A stretch of DNA of 64,000 nucleotides from Octopus bimaculoides (Eukaryota), in contig NC_068982.1 of the NCBI RefSeq assembly GCF_001194135.2, forward strand, positions 1,575,111-1,639,110. Reading direction: 5' to 3'. Below the pieces are notes generated by a model. The model did not search any database, had not been told where the DNA came from, and was given only the letters and a program-made list of their open reading frames with translations. The first letter of the stretch is position 1. Each line of letters opens with the position of its first letter. This document shows, one piece after another, positions 52,209 through 64,000 of the stretch. The position numbers and the translations under genes are program-made.

Positions 52209-53981
52209 ATATATATATATATATATATATATCTATATACGCACACACATATATATATATATGTGTGTGTGTGCGGGGAGCATAAATTAATTGGTTTAAA
52301 TAAGAGGCCGAGAATGACTATAGTCTATTTGACACAGAATCTCTTGAATTAAATCTATTTATAGAGACTGGACCAATTTCCTTATTTCCGTATTTGTATG
52401 GCCTATGTCAATGAATACAACACGATTTTAACATGATTCAACAAAATGTTAAGTGCTTGTACATAGGTCTTCATACTTCTAAATGTACCTCCATAAATAA
52501 TTTCAAGATAGAATGAAATTCTGCTTGTGTACATATCCACCTGTGTAAACCTGAAGGATAAGCATGTGAGATTTATTGTGTGGAGCATGGGGAAACGCTC
52601 TGACGTGGTAAGAAGTATTCCTATATTTAGTACGAGTCAAATAATTTCAATGAGTGTTGTTAGCTGATATCTTCGACCCATGCACTTGAAAGTTACTTTA
52701 TTCTATCAATTCTAAAATGATGGAAAGCAAAGTTGGACGCAGTGGGTTTCGAAACCACAACTTAAATCGTGGACGGAATGCCGCAAGATGTAGTATCCAA
52801 TACTGAAATGACTTTGTTAATTAACTACTTCTAGAATAGAAATAACAATATGTATTACGTGTTCGTCAGCGATTCTTTTAATGAATATTATAGTCCAGTT
52901 ATTGCAAATCAAATATACAGTGTACTTCGTTATTCAATACATAAAATATGTTGACTATAATATATAAAACAAGATTAGCATAAATCCTTCCTGGTTATCA
53001 TTTTTAAAACTAATTGTTCATTTCTGATATTTCTTGGCACATTCTTGTATTGAATGTTTGATTATATCAGAACATATCCATTCATTTTTAGTTGATTTCT
53101 TCATCTTAAAAACCTCTGAAATTTCTATGGAAATTTCACACATACGTCCCGAAACGTCAGTTTGAAATTTTTCATTGTATTAGAAAAATTGTAACATATT
53201 AAAATGCATATATATTTAGTTAGACACTGAGAAAATATCCTGAGTAACAGAATTAATAGTCAGGAAATCTATAATTCAATCAATTTAGTCATAGGTTATG
53301 ATTAAGCTGAATCGATTTGTAGATGTGTCCAAGTAAGTTTTAACACAATTTCGGCTTATTCTCAAGCAAATAAATAAATACTGCATTTTCTGGAATATAT
53401 GTATGTATGTATATATATATATATATNNNNNNNNNNNNNNNNNNNNNNNNNNNNNNNNNNNNNNNNNNNNNNNNNNNNNNNNNNNNNNNNNNNNNNNNNN
53501 NNNNNNNNNNNNNNNNNNNNNNNNNNNNNNNNNNNNNNNNNNNNNNNNNNNNNNNNNNNNNNNNNNNNNNNNNNNNNNNNNNNNNNNNNNNNNNNNNNNN
53601 NNNNNNNNNNNNNNNNNNNNNNNNNNNNNNNNNNNNNNNNNNNNNNNNNNNNNNNNNNNNNNNNNNNNNNNNNNNNNNNNNNNNNNNNNNNNNNNNNNNN
53701 NNNNNNNNNNNNNNNNNNNNNNNNNNNNNNNNNNNNNNNNNNNNNNNNNNNNNNNNNNNNNNNNNNNNNNNNNNNNNNNNNNNNNNNNNNNNNNNNNNNN
53801 NNNNNNNNNNNNNNNNNNNNNNNNNNNNNNNNNNNNNNNNNNNNNNNNNNNNNNNNNNNNNNNNNNNNNNNNNNNNNNNNNNNNNNNNNNNNNNNNNNNN
53901 NNNNNNNNNNNNNNNNNNNNNNNNNNNNNNNNNNNNNNNNNNNNNNNNNNNNNNNNNNNNNNNNNNNNNNNNNNNNNNNNN

Positions 53982-54016
<35 letters not shown>

Positions 54017-54019
54017 TAT

Positions 54020-54225
54020 ATAATTTTAAAAAAAACGAAGAAAAACATAAGAACAGAAACAACAACGCAAGGACGTGGTACATGTGAAGTATTAGCAGAC
54101 GGTCAGGGAAGGAAAGAAAGGGTGTTTTATGTTTTCAGCAAAGCTCTTCTTCAGAAACAGGAGACAGAGGAAAGTCCAAGGGAAACGAAGGCGAAGGAAA
54201 ACAAATCGCCAACAATCCACATGTA
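54020..54225 (-). mobile_element. Penelope-like terminal repeat fragment (second subfamily) with decayed hammerhead motif at 54123..54159
   Basis: Minus strand UGUUU-[CUGAAGA]-A-GAGC/UUU/GCUG-AAAAC-AUA-AAACA. Pyrimidine-rich flanks like the other two pLTR copies. Confidence 0.5.
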
Positions 54226-54242
54226 GTTACATTTATCTATAG

Positions 54243-54286
<44 letters not shown>

Positions 54287-55094
54287 ATGCGTGCGTGCGT
54301 GCGTGTGTGTGTCTTAGACTGAAAAATCGGTCAATTTATGGCGTTTTGCAATCCCTGTTATATCTAATCCCCCCTTAAAGAAAGCAAACTGAAAATTTTA
54401 TTTCGATTTTTTTATGAAACAAACTTTTATTTGTGAAAATACTTATAATTTACAGGTGTATATGATGAAGTGTCTGAGTCTAAATACATGACAAACATTT
54501 CATTATGGGATTAATGTCATGCGTTCTTTAGGCTTATTGCTTTGTATTAGGTTCTATATAATATTTATGGAACAAAAGGACAGCTCAATGGAGATCAGGC
54601 AATGCATTTATAGGAAAGAATTATTGAATACCCTGTCTGGTTCCAAATTTTTGGAATAAATTAAGGGACAGAACTGTGAAGATATATGTCCAAAGCTCTA
54701 GAATGTAGATGAGTAGATGCGTGAATTTAAAGAAGAATAACGGTAATATTTGTTCGACACAAAGGTTGTAGATGTACATGTCAAACTTTTAGGGGGAGCA
54801 CATTTGTAAAGACTACAGTTTATTTAGAAAACAACGGAAGACCAGCGCCTACGAACCTTCCATTGTTCAGGTTTTTCGATACGCGTAAAAGGGAAGTAAA
54901 ATGTTCTCAAACCAGATAACTAAAATGTATGATTGCAATAAAGGCATCCAATCTCCTGGTAGTGAAACAGACTGTGTCAGTTTGAAATCTACCATCTAAA
55001 AAAACACAACGCAGAGGACCGCCTCAAGGTAATATATTGTATACTCTAAAGATCCTACTAAGTCAGCGTTCCGAGCTGGTGCTTTACTTTAATC

Positions 55095-55828
55095 CAAAGG
55101 TTCCCAAACGGTGCAGTGCGCCTCATAGGAGCGGCGGAAGAGGATAGCAGGCGAGGCGAAATGATTAAAAGACAAATATTTAGAAACAGTTTCATAAATT
55201 CATATTCTAAAAATAAGTATGATTTCAAATTTTAAAATATTATTATGGATTACCTGTAATTTCATGCAAGAGTCCCAGTATAAATAATTATAAATAATTA
55301 TTGACCGATTCTATCATTGTGATATTTTTGCATTATATCACGTGTTAAGAATATAGTAACAAGGATCCACATATTGGAGGAGAAAGTTATCAATGATAAT
55401 GTTCTGACTTCGAATCCGCAGTGATCTCCCTTTGAACAACTCTGCCGTAGCGCTGCTTGCGCCTTTTCACCGGGATCGGGACTTCGCTTCCCCTCAGCTG
55501 GTGTCTTCGTTTCCGGCATTACGGTCATTGAAAACAAACAAAAAAAAAAATAATAAAAAAGCTATACACAGGGTCAGATCTTAATCCTTTCAGATCACGG
55601 ACACACATTTCTTTTTTTAAATGATCGAAAGCATCACGTGATAACAAGAACGATCAGATTCCATTTGGCATTCCAGAATCGTCCAATAAACAGGGTATTG
55701 AAGAAGACACGTCAAATTCTACAACAGAAGCAGGCCCAAGTAAACGTCTAAAAAAATAGAGTTGGTGAGGCGCGAGCAAATTGTCATTCAGAAAATTCGG
55801 CTCAGAGAACAAAGTTTGGGAACCACTA
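55095..55828. mobile_element. Non-autonomous hAT (Charlie-like) element
   Basis: TIRs CAAAGGTTCCCAAAC and GTTTGGGAACCACTA (compare Charlie-type CAGTGGTTCCCAAAC). 8-bp flanks CTTTAATC / TTTTAATG match at 6/8. Confidence 0.7.
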
Positions 55829-56139
55829 TTTTAATGTATGCACCAAATAAATGCTAATTAAAATTCTCTTGAATATAATTTCACCTCAGAAACTAAGAAC
55901 AAATACTACACTAATTTTCTGCTAATACTTCATCTATTGAATAAGCCTTCATGTTTTTGAGTCTAACATTATAGGAGGACTGTTTAGCGAAATATTAAAT
56001 AATTCTAATAAAATAGTTACTCTTGTATAGTTATTGCTGCTCACTCTATTGAACTATTTTGCGATGCTTTTACTGAATATCCTATGTGGAAAGGTAAAAT
56101 CTGATTATAACGGTTTCATATGTGGAAACTAACGCAACA

Positions 56140-56520
56140 AAGTTTGGTCGTTCTACAAGTGCCTACTGCTTCAACACAGAAGGGCTTAACCGTCCACTTA
56201 GCGTGCATTTTCCTTTCGCCAGTTCACTATAGAACAGTCTCTTGGAAAGTCGCATTCCAAGAGTCAGGCATTTGAACAAAGTGACCTGGCTACTTGATTT
56301 GCACTCTCCTCAGCAGTGCGTAAATGCTTGGAACACCAGCTAGAGAGGAGAACTTCATGTCTAGGAGTTTGTTTTTCCAGCTGATTTTCAACAGCTTTCT
56401 CAGGAAGTTCACGTGGATGCGGTTTAACTTTTGGCATCGCGTTCGAAAATCGTCCACGTCCTGCAGGCGTACAGTAATGTAGGTAGTACAACTTCTTGGT
56501 ACACTTTCAACTTGGTAACT
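56140..56520 (-). mobile_element. RTE (BovB-like) LINE, RT C-terminal fragment
   Basis: Minus strand TKLKVYQEVVLPTLLYACRTWTIF, then (frameshifted) NFLRKLLKISWKNK and GVPSIYALLRRVQ..GHFVQMPD, matching the RTE consensus KLKVYRAVVLPTLLYACETW. Confidence 0.85.
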
Positions 56521-57041
56521 TCAGCAGTGCGGGGTCTGGCAATACCCGAGGCCTTTGTGTGAAGAAAAGTGTAATTAACAGACGTATGTTCGGAAAAATC
56601 TCATTTCAAATTACACATAAAGTAAGAATTCTGTCAAAGATTTGTATTAGCAGGAAAACTTCAGATAAATCAATTTTACAAGACAACCATGTTTATTAAT
56701 AATTTAGAAATTACTCAGTGCATATCAATATATAATGAGCAAACTAATCAGGCTAATTGTATCTTTGAATTTCAGGCACCTACATCCACATAAGACGTCT
56801 AAGAAATATATAGAACCTATTTTGAAACAATTCCGAATGGAAGAACTTTTAGTTTCAAACAAGTATCATTATTTATTCCCCCTCTCTCTTTCTTTCTATA
56901 TTTCTCTCTCTCTCTCTCTCTCTCACTCCATCACTCTCTATCCCTTTCTCCCTCTCTCGCGCAAAACACATATATGCGCACACACATGCGCGCACATATA
57001 TAAAATCCATGCACATACAGACAGTGATATATACATTTACG

Positions 57042-57126
57042 AAGGCGGCGAGCTGGCAGAGACGTTAGCACGCCGGGCAAAATGCATAGAGGTACTTCGT
57101 TTGTCTTTACGTTCTGAGTTCAAATT
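57042..57126 (+). mobile_element. SINE family A, 5' tRNA-like head only
   Basis: AAGGCGGCGAGCTGGCAGAGACGTTAGCACGCCGGGC..GTTCTGAGTTCAAATT. Confidence 0.8.
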
Positions 57127-57189
57127 ACAAGGAGTGGCTATAACGGGCATGCGAGAAGCAAGACGATTTATCTATACACCTCCCCCCAC

Positions 57190-57234
<45 letters not shown>

Positions 57235-57963
57235 TACATATGCGTGTTTGCATGTGTTTACATTTATACACACACACACACACATGTGTGTGTTTGTGTG
57301 CGTGTGCGTGCGAGAAGGCCATGACACGTTTATGACTTTCCGCTGCCCTGAGATTTGCTTTATTTTATCTCACTTAACTGACAAGGTATCTACCTGGCCT
57401 TAATGTCTTTAACGTCACGTCTGTGTTTCTTTTACGACCACATAACCAGTTTTGGCTCTAAACTAATTAAGGTAACTATTGTGACATAATAAAGTCGTTT
57501 GATCTTTTTGTCGCTTGCATGCCCGTTGTAGCCACTCTTTCTAAGTTTTCTATAAATTCCAATGTTCTTTTTTAAAAATTCCACTTACACAAAAATATTG
57601 GCTGAATTCGTCATCACCAGGATATTATTTCACCTCTTTATACCTATTTAAAATTTTACCTGGAGATGACGGATTTACACTATGATATAATCTAATACAT
57701 GAATAAAATTCTAACGAAGCACCTTTCGTCAAGTTTAAACTCTATTTGTATTCGGTGTTATACCTACACCACATCTAGAACCAGCCCTGAGTCAGATCTA
57801 CGGATTAAATTGTATTTGGTATTTATATATCTACAATATCTTACCAACAAATGATACCTGCATGGTTGTTTTACCTCATTGTGCACTTTATGTTATGCCT
57901 AACCATTTCTGGTGCCCTACGTGTTGATGTGCCTAGATTCTAAGGAATCCTACAACAAATCAA

Positions 57964-58011
<48 letters not shown>

Positions 58012-59858
58012 AGTCTGTCTGTCTGTCTGTCTGCCTGTCTGCCTGTCTCCGTGCCTACCTGTCTGTCAGTCAGTCTGTCTGAGTGTCTGTCTATCTCTCT
58101 ATCTATCTATATATGACGTTTTTTGGCAAATACATTTAACAAGTAGCATCAGGTTCCCAATAACACATGTATGGAAGATGAAAGAAATCTTTGCAGAAAT
58201 CCCGAATAAACATAAATAAATGAATGAAATATGCAGGTGTTTGAACATGCTCCGTCATTAATAGTTTCTATACAAGTTAATGATTATATTTTATTAATAA
58301 TTGGTCATTATAATCATTAGTGCAGATTAACACAGAAACTTCTCTCCCTGTATGTCGGTTTGTCCCCCCTCTCTACCTCTCCGTTTCTCACACACACACA
58401 CAAAGTCTTTCTTTCAATTTCTCTCTGTTTTGAAAACATATAAACGGACTAAGAGCCAACTGTATTAATTTATATCGATTATGCTCGATCAGTTTGCTAA
58501 TAATTGCAGTATGTTCATAAGTCCCATGTTACTGATTACATCCAATCTTGCGTTCATAATCCATTTCAAAATCGATATTAAAGACATGTAGTTCTTAAAA
58601 CAATTTCTGATTCTCATTTCCCCCAATAGGACATTTAGTTGACAGGAATAATGGATACGAATGATCGATCGGTTGATATTAGAATTATTTGTGTTCTGAT
58701 CAGGTTTGCTTAGCGTGCCGTGTTTCTAGTTCCATGCAAACATTACAGTATGCAGGAATAGTCGAGCAACCTTTTGATCTGCATTGGTGAAGAACCGAGG
58801 GAATTGCTTCAGCTGACATCAAATACGAAAATAAAAATGCTCGCAAATACTTTTAAATTTGCCATTTACGTTTATGTAAGTTGTTTTAAATGAGATATTG
58901 AAGACATGAGGCACTTCATCAACGGGTTAACTAATCGTTTTTTACTTCAAAAAGCAAACATTTTTCGCTCTACTCACAATGAAATCCAAATTTACAAGAT
59001 ATGAAAGTGCCAGCTTTTGATTTACTTAATAAAACAGATCAATGATCGTGATACAATACGATCAATACAATACGAAATAATATTTCATGGAGTGCAAAGG
59101 CTGAGAGTTTATAATATTCATCTTAGTAATCCATATGAAATTTATTACCGTAATGGACTTCTTCATTTTCCAACAGTTATCTAGCGATATGCAATTAATT
59201 AAGCAAGTGCCACCATGGAAAATTTATATCCTGAAAATAAAAAAAGAGAAAAGGCTCAATGTAGTTGATTTAACAAATAATCTAGCAGTCACAAAAATAA
59301 CATGTCATCATGAAGTGAAGTGAAGATTGAAACGAAATTTATTATCCAGAAAATTATAGATTATTATACTACTAACATTTTACGGTGATACGAAACAATA
59401 TGTATTTAAGTCTAAGGTAAAGACGATTGAATCAACTGAGGCATAAGAGTGACGTATTGTCTTATAAAATCTATACAAAATTAGGGTAAAAGTTAATCAA
59501 AGCATTATTTGAAGTCATTGATGTTCGTTCCGCTCCTCTTTCCTCGAAATACTATAATCATGCAAGTATGAAAATGTTGGCTACATACACTTGTGTTAAA
59601 ATCTATGCATTCGATATTTAATTGTTTGAATAAATTATTTTATATTTAAATACGAAGCCCCTCCGTGAAATATTAATGCCTGATGAATATTTGACTGATG
59701 ATTGCCCAGTCATTTGTCATCTACAGTCATTATCTTTTATTCTTATCTCATTCCAAAACCACGCACGGACTCCTTGCTTCATTGTAATTCACTGAGTATC
59801 TATAGAATACATCATTAATTCTCTGGTGAAGGACGCCGCATTGGATATGTACGTTTAT

Positions 59859-59862
<4 letters not shown>

Positions 59863-59948
<86 letters not shown>
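59863..59948. repeat. (CA)n microsatellite
   Basis: Direct reading. Confidence 0.95.
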
Positions 59949-59951
<3 letters not shown>

Positions 59952-62900
59952 ATTACTCACGCAATTCCTTTTCCAGACAGCTATACTCATACTCTGTATT
60001 TATATAGTGACTCGTTAGCAATTTCACAGAACCAAAAGTAAAAAATGAAAAACTTCTGGCGGACTGATATCGCTTCCGATTTAGGCATTTCGCTTTCTCT
60101 CCTCTGTATCCTTGCAATTTCCGAGGTCAGTCAATGACTACGGTGATCGAAAGTCGGCTTCTACCAAGTGATTAACCATGATCTGGTCTGGGAACGTTTC
60201 TTTTACTCTCAACATAACACACAAGTGTAGAACACATGTAAACATGTATACAACCTCCATTCCTCGAATATCATCGGTCTTTCTCTCCAAGTCGTATTAT
60301 CAAATAGCATATAGTTATTAATAACGTATTAAGTAGCACTGTGGTGCATTAATTCTTTTATTAAAAACTAGGACAAAACACAGGAATGTCGTCGTCTCTG
60401 TCATCGTACGAACTCAGCTAGAAAGAAGTACTACAATTTATAGAAAAAGGGAACCTAGCAGTTCTGTCAGCAAATTCAGGAGATATAGTCTTTCATTTAC
60501 TTCCTTGGACACATGACAACAATACGTGTTTACATTAGAGTCGCTTACAATGTAGTTTGTGAGCATTATAAAAGCATAAATTATAAAGTTTCTCGTATAC
60601 AAAACTCAGCACTGTTGAGAAAATATATGCTGTAATTAAGCATGTATTTATAGCATACATAACTAGGCACACTTTGCAGGTTAATTAAAATTTCTGTCAC
60701 GTGTTGATTTGTAATTATATGACATTCCACAGCTAATACGTTGGGGGAATATCAATGCCGCAAACTTACAGTGGAATGTACGCCGAAGAACTGGTATATA
60801 TTTAGTGATCTGTGAATAAATAGTTCTAACTTACACTAGAGTAAATAAATTTTCCTGAGAAATGTATATCTAAAATATGTGAAATGGAATATTTTATTCC
60901 GAAATTGGCTCAATTATTCTATTATCTTCCAAAAATAAACATATCCAGAAAATGGCTGAGAGAAAATAGATTATTTTAGTGTTCTGTAAATAGAATTCAT
61001 ATACGGTAAGGTTTCAGAATAACTGAAATTGTCTATGTAATTAATGACCAAATTACCATATAGAAGAGATTAAAATTTAAGAACAACAAGCAACAAAGAC
61101 AGACATTGTCAACACTGAGGCGGCTGGTATTCTGTTAGAGTCTTTTTCAGATTACTAGGTTCGTACATGTAGATTGTCAATTTATATTTTGTGCCGTGCT
61201 TCATTATTTTCCGTTGTGAATGATTTTTAATTTAAATCAAATTTGATTTATAATTCGAATTCTCTATCCAGAGACAAATACAGTACATCAGAAGAGTATT
61301 CTAATTCGATTGGTCATCACAATGAATATATTTAAAATATATATGTTCGGTGATAAATCTCTTTATCTGTAGAACATTAAGTGGGCTTCATAATTCTAGG
61401 AATAACGCCAAACATATTATATAAATATACTAATAATTGTTCTAGATCTGTGTATGGTCACTTAACGGGGAATGATGTCGTTTGATTTATTCTATCGTTT
61501 TTTGACGTCATATTATTAGAAACTATTATCAACTGCTATCAATAATATTTGTTCCGCGCTTTTGAAGGACAGAGATATACTCTAAAATATGTTATATGCG
61601 TTTAGAATTATAAAATATATAGTTTAGAAGAATTATTCATCTGGCGAAAGCGGATTTTCTGGAGCATTAAATCTGTGAACTGTATTCACTTTACTGTTAT
61701 TCGTGATCCCTCTTTGGATTTGTAACCTCTCTGATATTCGAGTGAGTGATGTTTCTACACATACATTCACGTATAAATACCCGATGGCTTCCTTTTAATG
61801 TATATTGTTCTTATGAGTTTGTAGCCATGACTAGTTTGTATTGACTTCGTTATCATTTATGGCAGTGGAAAAATATTACAAAAAAGTCAATGCATTTATC
61901 ATTTTATGTAGGATATTCAACAATGGGTGATTAAAACTAATAATTTGAAGGTATAGAATTTGACTTGCTGACCACTTATCTTTGTGAAACGTAAGCGGTA
62001 AAATGCCGCATAGTAAATTCGACCAGATGTAGAAATTTCTATAGCATCACTTCGTTCTAACGTACCAACCATTTCAGAGAATAAGCAAACTTAATAAATC
62101 AATAATGATTTGGATTTATGGGATATGTGCTGACTGGGGGCTGCATCGAATGATGTGCAACAAGAAAGCGAAACACGGGAAGAAATTAACTATACAAAAA
62201 CTAAAAATTTATTACTTTTTGCAATTGTTTAAATTTGCTTTTAGAATTACTAGTTAAGGCAATATAGACGTAAAGAATATTTAACAAATATATTCAATTA
62301 ATATGTGTAAATGAATCTAAACAATATCTTGAAGGAAAATGATATTTAATCACTGAACGAATTGCATTAATCTTCATTCATTTTGTTTTTCATATTAAAA
62401 CAGGTTGACATAGAAAGGAAATTGTGTTCTATTGACTTGCCGAGAAATCGATAGGAATTTTCCAAAGAAATTAGAGAAATATTTCACTGATATTTATAGT
62501 GTTTCATATTTTCCTGTTTCTATACTTTATTTCATGCAGAAATATTAGAAGCGGGATCAACTGTATTTTAAGTTTCAATTATCCAACCGCTTGAACACCT
62601 CTGTTCATCAGTTGTGGGAGAGTCACGATTATAGACATAACATTACCGCACTAAGATTCAAAAAGTTGAACAGTAATCCGCTGTAATTTAGTATTCATGA
62701 TAACAACAAATACTAATCCAAAACCTACTCTTTATACAAAAAAAAAACAACAAAAATTGAGAAAATTACTGAGTCCTCTTTTTTATCGCACTGCATTCGA
62801 CTATTACAGTGTGTTAGCGTCATGAAAATAGTGTTATTACAAGGCGACACAATAAATTATACATGAATATTAGTCCATTAATTTTGATCGACCAACTGGA

Positions 62901-63199
62901 AGTTTATAGGGATCATACTCCTTGCTCCAGTGTTGCATAATTTGAAACGAAAGATATGCTAATCTTTTACTTAATAATGCATTAGCGGCGTAAATGAAAA
63001 TAATTCCATTTAAAAGTCAGAACAGAATTGAAACTGGGAAGAGAGAAAAGAAAAGTGAGAGTTAAGTTAAAACCAAATGATAAAAATGAAATTAATAGCA
63101 TCAAGGACGCTACCAATACATAACCCCCAAAACCGCTGATTACATTGGTCAACAATTTTTGAAACGTTGTGTGCTTCTTAAATGAGATTAGTTAATTCT

Positions 63200-64000
63200 T
63201 GCGTATTTTAATGTCCTGAATACAAATATCACCTTGGAAAATGCTTATTAGCTATGGGCTAAATATTACATGACATGTAATATTTGATTAATTTATTATA
63301 ACGTACAATATGTGTCATTATGTTTTAAGCTCTAGTCCGTATCTACTCTGCCTTTTTGTTTGACGCTTATAGAAGGCTGAAGAATAATCTCTGGTCAATG
63401 TCCAGCAAGCATCGTTTTGCTCCATTTACCGCCTGTCCATGGTTGAAATATCTTGGTGAAACCCTTGACCATGTTTATCCCTAAGAGGCCCACAGTTCGT
63501 TGGAAAAAAGTCTAAATGTGAGTTCAAAAAGTGGATTTTACGTGACATGTTGCATCCCATCTTGTAAACCTTGATGAGTTTTTCCAGCAATTCTTCATAG
63601 TTTCCCTCCCTTCTATTTCCGAGAAACCCTTTCACCACTGACTTGATTTCTTTCCAAGTAGCTTTCTCCTCCCCAGGAATGACTGATTCAAAGTCTCCAT
63701 CTTTAAAAAATCTGTCGTATCTGAGCACCAATGAAGTCTCGTTTACCTTAGCGTCGCTACGTTAGGGGAAGTTTGATGTCAAATACTTGAATCCCTGACC
63801 GAATTTGTCTATAGCTTTTACAAAGTTTTTCATGAGCTCTAGTTTTATGTCTAGTGGGGGATGTTGAACGCCAGGTAGATGATGAATCCCAGGCTCCAAC
63901 GATTTACGAAGTGGCCAGTCTCTCTTGCACAGCTGTCCCATTCACACAGAAAGCAGCAGTATTTGGTGTATCCGCTTTGCGAGCCTATCACAAGGGCAAC
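63200..64000 (-). mobile_element. Chapaev3-like (CMC superfamily) DNA transposase, C-terminal pseudogene fragment running off the window edge
   Basis: WPLRKSLEPG, PPLDIKLELMKNFVKAIDK, KGFLGN and GCNMSRKIHFLNSHLDFFPTNCG..HGQGFHQDISTMDRR motifs. Family assignment is from recalled motif similarity. Confidence 0.75.

Noticed and set aside
56774-56861. Possible + strand exon HLHPHKTSKKYIEPILKQFRMEELLVSN within ORF 56735..57403
   Set aside because: Weak donor (GTATCA). The rest of the ORF is microsatellite- and SINE-derived, and no homology is recognised.

Overview
AT-rich, intron-scale animal DNA with about 3.7 kb of N gaps, most of them flanked by (AT)n microsatellites. The SINE, microsatellite and transposon complement resembles octopod cephalopod genomes (inference; no database search was run). 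I recognise no intact host protein-coding gene. The window is mostly microsatellites and decayed mobile elements: three tRNA-derived SINE families; CR1/L2-group, R4/Dong and RTE LINE fragments; Penelope-like elements (PLEs); DD34D mariner and DD37D maT transposons; a hAT-type element; a Chapaev3-like transposase at the right edge; and a young TTAA-flanked MITE. Best leads: (1) three PLE terminal-repeat fragments with minimal hammerhead-ribozyme folds, showing a compensatory stem I change and a shared non-canonical core; (2) a promoter-like motif cluster at ~21.7-21.9 kb followed by strong + strand splice signals, including a possible in-frame splice into a mariner HTH domain; (3) a 486-bp MITE with 105-bp near-perfect TIRs. 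The exon models are hypotheses from splice motifs only. Most long ORFs in the supplied track are artefacts of microsatellites or gaps.
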